This document shows, piece after piece, positions 28,369-36,763 of a DNA stretch of 64,000 nt (position 1 is the stretch's first letter; each line of letters begins with the position of its first letter). Position numbers and translations under genes: made by a program. The notes beneath the pieces were generated by a model, which searched no databases, was not told the DNA's origin, and saw only the letters and a program-made list of their open reading frames with translations. This stretch comes from Deinococcales bacterium (GTDB lineage Bacteria > Deinococcota > Deinococci > Deinococcales > JAAFIG01), in NCBI GenBank assembly GCA_043778225.1, contig JAYWGM010000032.1, forward strand, positions 42,364 through 106,363. The letters run 5' to 3'.

Positions 28369-29366
28369 CAGGCACCTGTCAATTCATTGATTTCACGAAT
28401 AAATTCTTTCAGGCGCGGTTCTTGGTTCACCAAACCAATCAAGCTACCAAGCTGCTCGGTGGCTCGCAGTTTTGCTAAAGCATCCATGGTGTAAAAATGC
28501 ACCCACTCAACTTCGGCTTTGTCTACCAACCACTTAAAGGCGTTTAGCACTTGGTTTACACCGTTTCCTCGAGCCGCCAAACCAATCGTTACGGCATAAC
28601 GCGCACTGGGTTCTTCTGGAAACTCGAGGTTGGTTGCGCCGCCCAAAATCGCATCGATTTCGGGGAGGCTCGAGTAAATCCGTTCAAAGGCTCTAAACTC
28701 GGCTTCTGTGCCTTCGCCCACGGCTGGAGCAATTGGCAAATTTGCCGACATCAAGCGCGAAGCCATCTCCCAACTGCGTGGACTTGCCCAAGCTGGACGG
28801 GCTGGGTCTGGGGCGTGCAGCAAACTTGGTCGGAATGCCAAAAAGGCAATGATTCGTTCGTTTAGATTTTTATCTAAAGCATAGGACTTAAAACTGTCCA
28901 AATCTGGCTTCATCTCGAGGTGCAAAAACCGATTGGCGAGTGGCGCAGGCATTTCAAAGACACTGGCGCGGTCTTCGCGGCGGTTGCCGGCTGCCCAGAC
29001 AAACCAGCCATCTGGAAGGGTGTACGAACCAACTTTTCGGTCTAAAATAAGTTGCTGGGCGATGCCCTGCATGGTCGGGGCTGCCATGTTGAGTTCGTCT
29101 AAAAAAAGAATCCCAGCCCCAGAAGTTGGCAAAAACTCCGGCGGAAACCATTTGGCAGTGCCATTTTCGGCGACCGGTAAGCCACGTAAATCGGTTGGCG
29201 CAAGCTGTGAAAGGCGGACATCCACAAAATCTAGCGCTTGCGCTCGAGCCACTTGCTGCACAATGCTGCTTTTGCCGATGCCGGGTGCGCCCCAAATCAT
29301 GACGGCGAGTTTGACATCGTTAGAAATTAATTGATTCAAAAAATTTTGTAACTCGAGTGGGGTCAT
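28368..29366 (-). CDS. MoxR-like AAA+ ATPase (DUF2201 partner)
   Basis: WGAPGIGKS, ILFLDELN, AAGNR, LANRF; AGGAG RBS before ATG 29366. Confidence 0.9.
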   Translation of the reverse strand: MTPLELQNFLNQLISNDVKLAVMIWGAPGIGKSSIVQQVARAQALDFVDVRLSQLAPTDLRGLPVAENGTAKWFPPEFLPTSGAGILFLDELNMAAPTMQGIAQQLILDRKVGSYTLPDGWFVWAAGNRREDRASVFEMPAPLANRFLHLEMKPDLDSFKSYALDKNLNERIIAFLAFRPSLLHAPDPARPAWASPRSWEMASRLMSANLPIAPAVGEGTEAEFRAFERIYSSLPEIDAILGGATNLEFPEEPSARYAVTIGLAARGNGVNQVLNAFKWLVDKAEVEWVHFYTMDALAKLRATEQLGSLIGLVNQEPRLKEFIREINELTGA

Positions 29367-29374
29367 GGGTTCTC

Positions 29375-29464
29375 CTAGAATTCGCGCCCATGGTACGCAC
29401 TGGACAGCCCTGTGGTGTGCGGTGCAATACATTTTAAGATGTGTGTATCTACCAAAAAATTCAT
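29375..29464 (-). pseudogene. Truncated VapC/PIN toxin remnant
   Basis: MNFLVDTHIL followed by unrelated sequence and a stop after 29 aa; starts 3 nt after the antitoxin stop. Confidence 0.65.
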
Positions 29465-29467
29465 ACT

Positions 29468-29716
29468 TTATTTTTTCGGAAAAAGAGGAGTATGAAAAGA
29501 TTCAATAATCTCTTGAGAAGTGTTTTCAAAATCATCGCTAATTTGAATTTTCCCTTCGAGAAAACCAATTCGTCTTGGCTTAGGGTTTTGACGAACTGGG
29601 CTGACTCGAGCCAGTGTGTGTCCATCCCGAGTCAGTACGACTTCCTCACCATGTGCCACACGGTCGAGTAAAGCGGTAAGCTGAGAATCTGGATTGACAA
29701 TTTCAAGGGTGGTCAT
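29468..29716 (-). CDS. Phd/YefM family antitoxin (toxin lost)
   Basis: LLDRVAHGEEVVLTRDG...RRIGFLEGKIQISDDF; leaderless TACAAT-N6-ATG. Confidence 0.85.
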   Translation of the reverse strand: MTTLEIVNPDSQLTALLDRVAHGEEVVLTRDGHTLARVSPVRQNPKPRRIGFLEGKIQISDDFENTSQEIIESFHTPLFPKK

Positions 29717-29827
29717 AGAAGCATTGTACTCGAGAAATCAAGAAATACATCAAGAGACTGATGAAGTTCACTCGAGAAAATAAAAAAAGCAGCCTTGGCA
29801 GACTGCCCTTTGGCTCGAGATACAAAT

Positions 29828-30226
29828 TTAAGGTAGCAACTCCAAATAATCTAAATAAAGTGGTTTAACAACACGAAAATGTCTTCGGTCTAAGGTCAGC
29901 ACTTTGCGAATACGGTAACGTTCTGCAAGTGCGACAATACTTGCATCCACAAAACCAAGCGGTAAATCTTGGTAATACCGTCTAATCTGATTGACTCGTT
30001 CTAAATCCAATTGGTCAAAGGTCAGTAACTCATTATTTTTAACAACCCGCTCAAAAAAAGTTTTTGCGGTATCTTCACCAAGGTACTTACAAAGAAAATA
30101 GTCCACTTCGCATAGTACAGAAGTTGGTACAAGCAAACCTTGTGTTTCAAAAGACTTGACGGCTAAGTGATATTTGTCGGTTGCATCAATCATGGCGATT
30201 AAAGCCCCTGTATCACACAAAATCAT
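29828..30226 (-). CDS. vapC: VapC/PIN toxin
   Basis: ILCDTGALIA...EVDY...FVDASIVALAE...TLDRRHF. Confidence 0.92.
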   Translation of the reverse strand: MILCDTGALIAMIDATDKYHLAVKSFETQGLLVPTSVLCEVDYFLCKYLGEDTAKTFFERVVKNNELLTFDQLDLERVNQIRRYYQDLPLGFVDASIVALAERYRIRKVLTLDRRHFRVVKPLYLDYLELLP

Positions 30227-30450
30227 CTGTCTCGCTCGAGCGGATGGTCGGCAAAAAGCAGTTCATCTACCCGTTCAGATAAATCACCAATGCCAGAAGC
30301 ACCAATGCCAGCCCATGAAATTCTGGGTTGTGTCGATTCGAGCAAAACGATTTCTTGTTGCCCTAAAGAAAGTTGTAACTGCCTAAGCAACTCGGTGCGT
30401 TCATAAAAAGAGAGTTGAGTCATTTCTTTTTGTAACTCGAGGAAGCTCAT
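30223..30450 (-). CDS. Putative antitoxin
   Basis: ATGA overlap with vapC; WAGIGASGIGDLSERVDELL. Confidence 0.75.
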   Translation of the reverse strand: MSFLELQKEMTQLSFYERTELLRQLQLSLGQQEIVLLESTQPRISWAGIGASGIGDLSERVDELLFADHPLERDR

Positions 30451-30542
30451 GGTTTTATTGTGGCACAAGAAGCTGAATAAAGTCTACTCGAGAAACTAAA
30501 AAAGAGCAGCCTTGGCAGACTGCCCTTTGGCTCGAGGTGGGT

Positions 30543-32018
30543 TTAGTACAAATTATTCTGATTCAGAAGTAAGACTTGTTCTATTGTCCAAGTTGTGGCT
30601 TGCGGTTTGAAATCCAAAGAAACTGGTTGGCTCGAGACTGCAATTGTGGGTTTGACCCCAAGGCTTTCGAGGGCTTTCTCGAGTGGCTCATCGCGCCCCG
30701 TGTTAAAGAGCTTAAATTCAAAATTTTCGGTTAGTATGTCTGGTTTGACTTGGGCTGGCAATGGAATACCATCTTTCCAGACAGCTTGGATGGTAGGCAT
30801 TCCAGCCGCGCCACCGTTTGCCAGTCCAAAACGTGCCGTGTTTGTATTGCCAATACCGACAGTCGGTGAACCAAAAACTTGGGCGCGTTTGGCTTTTTGG
30901 ATATAAGAAGCAAAGTATTCACAGCCCGAGGCACAACCGCCATCCACCAAAACCGCTAGAGGTCCTTTGTACACAACGGGGTTGTTAATTTGTAGACTTG
31001 TGATTTCAACTTCTTTTAAGTTGCGGGCAAAAACCTTACCTGCATTGTAACCCCATTCGATGGTGTTGCGGTCTGGATTATAGCGGGTGATCCAACGCAT
31101 GAGGTCTGGAGTCTCAACAAATGCACCGACCGAAGCAATGGTCTCGAGAACGCTACCACCACCATTGCTGCGTTCGTTAAAAATAATTCCTTTGGCATTT
31201 TTTGCAACCGCTTCTTTGACCAATTCATGAAGTTTTTGAGCCACACCATTGATTTGGTAGTCCTTCATGGTAATCACCGCAATACCATCTGGTCGTAGCT
31301 CGAGTCCGGGTTGCTCGGAGGTATTAATCAGTTCACCTTTTAAGGGAAGCTCGAGTTTTTGACGATTTATGCCACGCATCAATACCATTTTGATGGTTTC
31401 ACCCGCCCGCACTTTTGTGGTGAAATCGTTGTAGGCTTTATTTAAGTTTTCGACATTGCCATCAAAACTCGAGAAAAGAATGTCGTTATAGCCTATCCAA
31501 CGGTCGCCATATTTGATGCCAGCCTTATCGGCAGGGGCATCTTTGACCACATTGGCAATAAAACGGTCGCCAATCAGCTTGCTGGTCAAAGTCCCTTTTT
31601 CATCGGTGGTACAACGACCTGTTGGTGTTTCACAAAAATTTTGTAAAGTAATGCCAACTCGAGGCGTGGGACTGGTCTGCGTACCACTGCGGTTGGCATT
31701 TTCGGCAGCCACATTGGCAGCCGATAAATAATAGGTGTGGAAATCCTCAAAATCGGCAAACATTTGCTCGAGCAGTGGCTCTATTTTTTCATAACCACAT
31801 TTTTCTTTAAGTTCGGCACAAACCTCGTCTACTTTAGTTTGGTATTTAAGAATTAAGGCTTGGATATTGATCGTACTTGGACCAAAATACTGAGTTTCAA
31901 AAAAGAAACTGGCTTGGTCAAATAAATCTTGGGCGGGGCTACCAATATATTTTTGTGCCACCGAGGCACTACAGAGGCTCAGTACAACGGTTACAACCAA
32001 TCGAATCAGGTTTTTCAT
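30543..32018 (-). CDS. Exported S41 family peptidase with PDZ domain
   Basis: DFHTYY, PADKAG, RSNGGG, CASGCE. Confidence 0.88.
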   Translation of the reverse strand: MKNLIRLVVTVVLSLCSASVAQKYIGSPAQDLFDQASFFFETQYFGPSTINIQALILKYQTKVDEVCAELKEKCGYEKIEPLLEQMFADFEDFHTYYLSAANVAAENANRSGTQTSPTPRVGITLQNFCETPTGRCTTDEKGTLTSKLIGDRFIANVVKDAPADKAGIKYGDRWIGYNDILFSSFDGNVENLNKAYNDFTTKVRAGETIKMVLMRGINRQKLELPLKGELINTSEQPGLELRPDGIAVITMKDYQINGVAQKLHELVKEAVAKNAKGIIFNERSNGGGSVLETIASVGAFVETPDLMRWITRYNPDRNTIEWGYNAGKVFARNLKEVEITSLQINNPVVYKGPLAVLVDGGCASGCEYFASYIQKAKRAQVFGSPTVGIGNTNTARFGLANGGAAGMPTIQAVWKDGIPLPAQVKPDILTENFEFKLFNTGRDEPLEKALESLGVKPTIAVSSQPVSLDFKPQATTWTIEQVLLLNQNNLY

Positions 32019-32056
32019 CTGTACAAATTATAGCAGGATACTTATGAATCAAATGT

Positions 32057-32086
32057 AAAAGGCAGCCCAATAAAAGGCTGCCTTTA
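32057..32086 (-). terminator. Intrinsic terminator between S41 paralogues
   Basis: AAAGGCAGCC-CAATAAAA-GGCTGCCTTT. Confidence 0.65.
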
Positions 32087-32101
32087 TGCTGCGAGTCAAA
32101 C

Positions 32102-33607
32102 TTAATTTTGGCTTTGCAACTCAAATTTTGGATGATAAGTTGCAGCAGATTTCTCGAGAATTGCTTCGATGGCATTGTAGCCAAAGGTTGGAATTGGGGC
32201 AAATGGCACATGAATTTCCAGACTGCTGCCGTTTGTCTGTAGCGTTTTTACGCCAACTGTCTCGAGGGCTTTGTTCATGCCTTCGTCCGCCCCTGTTTTG
32301 AAGACATTAAAAGCAGTTGCCACAAAATCTGGCTTGATTTGGGCTGGCAAGCTAATACCATCTGCCCAAAAAGCCCGCAAGGTAGGCATTCCAGCCGCGC
32401 CACCATTGGCTAATGGAAAACGAGCCGTGTTGGTGTTACCAATGCCAACCGTTGGTTCGCCAATCACCAAAGCACGTTTTGCTTTTTGAAAACTCGAGGA
32501 AATGTACTCACAAGCACTGGCGCAACCAGTATCCACCAAGACTGCCATTGGACCCTCAAAAAGTACGGGTGTTTTAACGGGAAAACTGTTGCCAATTTCT
32601 GGACGTGAAACATAACGCTGATAAAATGCACCATTGGCATAGCCCTCTTCAACGGTGTTCTTATCGGCATTGTAACGCGGTGTACGACGCATTGGGTCTG
32701 GGGTCTTCATAAATGCCCCAGTTGCAAACCAGCGCTCTAAAGCCGAGCCACCACCATTGCCGCGTTGGTTAAAAATAACGCCTTTGAGTCCTTTGCCAGT
32801 GGCTTCACGAATCAGGTCGTGAATGCGTTGTCCGATACCACTGATTAAGTAATCTGGAACACGTAAAATACCAATGCCATCTGGGCGCAGCTCGAGTTGC
32901 GGTACTTCTGAAGTATTGATAATTGCGCCTTTGACAACAATATCCAATTTTTGCTTATCTGCACCACGAAGAATTTGCATCGTCACGGTTTCGCTGGCAC
33001 GGATTTTGGTCGTAAAATCGGCTTGGAACTTGTTAAGGGCAGCCACGTCACCATTGAGGCTGGCGTACAGTGCGCCGTTATACCCAATCCAACGGTCACC
33101 ATATTTTAGACCCGCTTTATCAGCAGGTGAATCTTTGACCACATTGACCACAAGGCGGTCGCCGTTGATTTTGCTGGTCAAATTTCCAGCACTGTCAAAA
33201 GTACATTCACCATCGGCTGTTTCACAAAAAGTACGGTTGGTAAAGCCAACTCGAGGAGTTGGACTGGTGGCTGTACCACTGCGATTGGCATTTTCGGCAG
33301 CCACATTGGCGGCAGATAAATAGTAGGTGTGGTCATCTTCAAAGTCGGCAAACATTTGTCCGAGCAGTGGCTCGACTTTATCATAACCACACTTTTCTTT
33401 AAGTTCGGTACAGGCTTCATCCACTTTGGCTTGGTACTTAGCAATGATTTCTTGGACATTAATCGTGCTTGGACCAAAATACTGGGTATCGAGGAAAAAC
33501 GTGGCTTGGTCGTATAAATCTTGGGCTGGGCTACCCAAGTATTTCTGCGCTCCTGCCACACTCGAGACAAACAAGGCAGCACTGATGGCGATAACAAACT
33601 TTTTCAT
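32102..33607 (-). CDS. Exported S41 family peptidase with PDZ domain
   Basis: DDHTYY, SPADKAGL, RGNGGG, CASACE. Confidence 0.88.
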   Translation of the reverse strand: MKKFVIAISAALFVSSVAGAQKYLGSPAQDLYDQATFFLDTQYFGPSTINVQEIIAKYQAKVDEACTELKEKCGYDKVEPLLGQMFADFEDDHTYYLSAANVAAENANRSGTATSPTPRVGFTNRTFCETADGECTFDSAGNLTSKINGDRLVVNVVKDSPADKAGLKYGDRWIGYNGALYASLNGDVAALNKFQADFTTKIRASETVTMQILRGADKQKLDIVVKGAIINTSEVPQLELRPDGIGILRVPDYLISGIGQRIHDLIREATGKGLKGVIFNQRGNGGGSALERWFATGAFMKTPDPMRRTPRYNADKNTVEEGYANGAFYQRYVSRPEIGNSFPVKTPVLFEGPMAVLVDTGCASACEYISSSFQKAKRALVIGEPTVGIGNTNTARFPLANGGAAGMPTLRAFWADGISLPAQIKPDFVATAFNVFKTGADEGMNKALETVGVKTLQTNGSSLEIHVPFAPIPTFGYNAIEAILEKSAATYHPKFELQSQN

Positions 33608-34947
33608 AATCCTCCTAAGGCTCGAAGTTCTCGAGGCAGTATGGGTTGGGAAACTAAGGTGCTGGCTTTGCCACTCAGCGCATCGAGCGCTCGCTCGAGC
33701 ATCGCGTCACGCCCTTGGGCTAAGGCTTCGAGGTCTTCGGCAAATTCAACATCGGGCTTAACGCGCTCGCTAAATGGTTGTCCGTCTGGACGCAAACTGC
33801 GGGCAATCGTCAGCCCAAGTAAACTGTCGTCGGCAAGCGGAAAAAAACTGGTGGCGGTGTTCAGGATGCCGTAAGTCTCTTCGCCAACCACAATACCGCG
33901 CTTGGCATACTGGATATGGGCTGGGAAAACTTCACCACAAGATGCACTGTCGCTATTGACCAGCACTGCCACTTTGCCCTTAAATTGGGCTGGGTTAGCA
34001 ATTGAGTAGACTTCGTTCATTTTCTGACCATTGCCGCCCGTAACCAAACCATTTTTATAAGCATAGACTGTTTTGCTGTAGCGCTTCTCGAGCGTATTAA
34101 CCACACCGTCTGGCAAAAATGCACCTTGGGCGCTGGTACATTCGGTGGCAACCCCGCCGGGGTTATCGCGTAAATCCACCACAATACTGGTTGCGCCAGC
34201 CGTCTGTGCCGCATTGACCAATTCATGGAATTTTGTGCCAACTTCCTTGAAAGGCGTAAATTCATGGATTCGCAAGACAGCCACATTGGCGGGTAAACCG
34301 TTTGGCTTTTTGGCTTCGGGCAACCATGCACTGGCAAGAAGAATCGGGGTGATGGTTAGTTCGAGTTTTTCTTGGTTGCCTCTGGTGATGCTAAAACGAA
34401 TTGCTTGTCCACGTTGCTCGAGTGTTGGAATCAGGTTCTCGTTGGCGCTGCGTGTCCCCGGTAGGGCTTGCCCGTTGATGGCAGTAATCCTATCGCCGCG
34501 ACGCAGACCCGCCTTGCCAGCCGGACCATCCTCGCGCACATCCGTAACCACACGGTCGCCAACCCCACGCAGTTTGGCGGTATTTAACTCGAGGCTTGGC
34601 GTACCCGTACCAGCCCCATCAAGCTGACCTGCAAACTGCTGGGCAACATCGGCTGGAATAAAGTAACTGTGTGGGTCTTGGAGTTCTTGAATCATGCTGG
34701 CAATCGGGCGACGCGCCACATCAAAAGGGCAGTTGCTGGCTTGACCCGTACAAAGCTGGTCTATTTGGGCTTGGTATTTGGCGATTAAGTTACTTAAATT
34801 GCTGGTGCTAAAGCCATTATAATTAAATTCGATGTAAAAACTGGCTTCATCAAATAAATCTTGGGCTGGAGCGCCAATGAATTTTTGTGCGCCAGCCGCA
34901 CAGGAGAAAGCCAGTGCAGCAGCCATCACCAGTGCCAAGCGTTTCAT
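33604..34947 (-). CDS. Exported S41 family peptidase with PDZ domain
   Basis: DPHSYF, GPAGKAGLRRGD, DLRDNPGG, SASCGE. Confidence 0.9.
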   Translation of the reverse strand: MKRLALVMAAALAFSCAAGAQKFIGAPAQDLFDEASFYIEFNYNGFSTSNLSNLIAKYQAQIDQLCTGQASNCPFDVARRPIASMIQELQDPHSYFIPADVAQQFAGQLDGAGTGTPSLELNTAKLRGVGDRVVTDVREDGPAGKAGLRRGDRITAINGQALPGTRSANENLIPTLEQRGQAIRFSITRGNQEKLELTITPILLASAWLPEAKKPNGLPANVAVLRIHEFTPFKEVGTKFHELVNAAQTAGATSIVVDLRDNPGGVATECTSAQGAFLPDGVVNTLEKRYSKTVYAYKNGLVTGGNGQKMNEVYSIANPAQFKGKVAVLVNSDSASCGEVFPAHIQYAKRGIVVGEETYGILNTATSFFPLADDSLLGLTIARSLRPDGQPFSERVKPDVEFAEDLEALAQGRDAMLERALDALSGKASTLVSQPILPRELRALGGL

Positions 34948-36200
34948 TTTGCCCCAAGAAGCTCGAGCGCTTTCTCGAGTTGAACATCGCGCCCAGTTGC
35001 AAGGGCTGCCAAGTCTTCTGGCACAACCACATCTGGGGTGATTGCCATTGGGAATGGCGTTTTATCGAGGTTCAGCATTCGGTAAGCCGAGATTTGAATA
35101 ATTTCATCGTTAATCAGTTGCGCCAGTGCGCTACCACTGACCCCATTCTGACCACTGGTGGTCACGCCAACCACTTGAGCGCGTCCGACCCGTTGTAAAA
35201 AGTACGCCAACATCTCCGAAGAATTCTCGGTGACTTGATTGACCAGAATCACGACTTTACCAGTGTACTGAACTGGGCTGGCGGCTTGGGCAACATCTTG
35301 AGCTTGCCCGCCTTCGGGTTGACCACGCACCAAAGCACCGTTGCGCTCGAGAAAGTAACTGCTGTCTTGACCCGCAAAGCGCTGGTCGTAAATAAAGCCA
35401 CCTTCTTTAATAAATGCACCAGCCGCCAACAGGGCTTCGGAATCAAAACCACTAAACGAATCGCGCAAATCAATAACCACGCCAGCCGCATTGTCGCGCA
35501 CGGCTCTGGTCACATTGGCATGAACCCTTGTACCAATGCTGCCATACAAATGCGGAATCCGAATCATCAGGGCTTTACCAACGCTGCTGCGGTATGGCGC
35601 ACGTGGGTCATTGACCAAAATCGGTGTGACTGAAGCGGTTTTGCTTGCACCAGCAACAGTGTACTCGAGCGCCAAGGCTTTACCACTGGCTTCGGCAGTT
35701 TTTAAGGCTGCCAGCGTGGCGGCTGCGCCATTGATGGTTTTAATCAGATTGCCTCGGGTTAAATCAGCATTAAAAGCTGGTTCGCCCGGAAATGCCTCAA
35801 GAACCACTAAACCCTGTCCGGGCAGTTCTCGAGCCTGAATGCCGATGGTCGGGGTACTAGGTCCTTTGCCATCCACATAGCGGTCAGAGGTGTCTGAATC
35901 GTCCACACTGACCAGTTTGGTAAATGGGTCATTGAGGTTTTTCATGTAGCCAACAATCACTTCTCTGCCTTTTTCGTAACCGCATTTGGTATCGCCAGCA
36001 CAGAGTTTTTGTACATCTGCCAGCATCGTTTTTTGCAACTCGCGCCAGTATGGCACTTTGGCGGGTCCGTTGTAATAAAAGCCGATATAGAAACTGGCTT
36101 GTTTGACCAAATCCTCGGCGGGCGTGGTTTTGACTTGGGCTTGGGCAATTCCCAAGCTCGAGGCGGCGATGGCTAAAGCAATAAGCAATGGTTTTTTCAT
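34944..36200 (-). CDS. S41-like PDZ protein, probably catalytically inactive
   Basis: DPFT, DLRDSFSG, and TENSSE with Asn at the nucleophile position. Confidence 0.8.
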   Translation of the reverse strand: MKKPLLIALAIAASSLGIAQAQVKTTPAEDLVKQASFYIGFYYNGPAKVPYWRELQKTMLADVQKLCAGDTKCGYEKGREVIVGYMKNLNDPFTKLVSVDDSDTSDRYVDGKGPSTPTIGIQARELPGQGLVVLEAFPGEPAFNADLTRGNLIKTINGAAATLAALKTAEASGKALALEYTVAGASKTASVTPILVNDPRAPYRSSVGKALMIRIPHLYGSIGTRVHANVTRAVRDNAAGVVIDLRDSFSGFDSEALLAAGAFIKEGGFIYDQRFAGQDSSYFLERNGALVRGQPEGGQAQDVAQAASPVQYTGKVVILVNQVTENSSEMLAYFLQRVGRAQVVGVTTSGQNGVSGSALAQLINDEIIQISAYRMLNLDKTPFPMAITPDVVVPEDLAALATGRDVQLEKALELLGAK

Positions 36201-36349
36201 GCGTTTCTCCTCAAAGGGTATATTTGAACATCTTAGAATACTGCTTTTGATGTGTTCTCGAGTAGTTCGTGGCTTTCAGTTTTTCTTTAGGTTATTGCCA
36301 TAGAATTGTCATATTGACCTGCGCCGATAAAAGACGCATACTCGAAAAG

Positions 36350-36496
36350 ATGATTGAAACAACGACCGAAAATACAGACAAGCTCAAGCAAGAGACCATC
36401 ACCGCACAATTGAACGATGTCTACAGCCAAATAGACAGTGCATGACCTCCAGAAATTGCCGAACTTGGTTTTGAAATCCTACATCGCGCTGATTGA
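36350..36496 (+). pseudogene. Possible decayed antitoxin fragment (internal TGA at 36443-36445)
   Basis: TTGACC-17-CATACT-7-ATG promoter; ITAQLNDVYSQIDSA*PPEIAELG resembles ChpI/MazE-type antitoxin tails. Confidence 0.35.
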
Positions 36497-36664
36497 TTAC
36501 CAAATGGCATTCTCGAGTCCATCGCCATTCTCGAGGTCATCATAGACCAATCGCCCATCAGCTTGAGCCACGGCAATTTCGCCGTAACCATAAATCATCT
36601 CGAGTTCTTGGCTCTCATTCTCGAGACGCACAGTAGTGTCAGTAGCTTTTGCGCTCTGATTCAT
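36497..36664 (-). CDS. 55-aa acidic small protein divergent from uvrB; not in the ORF track
   Basis: Leaderless TACAAT-N7-ATG; MNQSAKATDTTVRLENESQELEMIYGYGE...LENAIW. Confidence 0.5.
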   Translation of the reverse strand: MNQSAKATDTTVRLENESQELEMIYGYGEIAVAQADGRLVYDDLENGDGLENAIW

Positions 36665-36688
36665 AGCATCAATTGTAACATAAGCTCA

Positions 36689-36705
36689 TTCTGCTATTGA
36701 CAGAA
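36689..36705. promoter_or_regulatory. RDRM (DdrO box) overlapping the uvrB -35
   Basis: TTCTGCTATTGACAGAA fits the 17-bp Deinococcus RDRM palindrome and contains TTGACA. Confidence 0.75.
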
Positions 36706-36763
36706 AATACACTTATGCTCGAGAATAGACAAAATAACCTCGGGACTCGAGGCGGAGGTTTTC

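Larger units (their letters stand above)
29771..30536. repeat. ~50-bp direct repeats (terminator hairpins bounded by CTCGAG) flanking a TA module
   Basis: 29771-29819 and 30487-30536 share CTCGAGAAA..GCAGCCTTGGCAGACTGCCCTTTGGCTCGAG. Confidence 0.9.
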
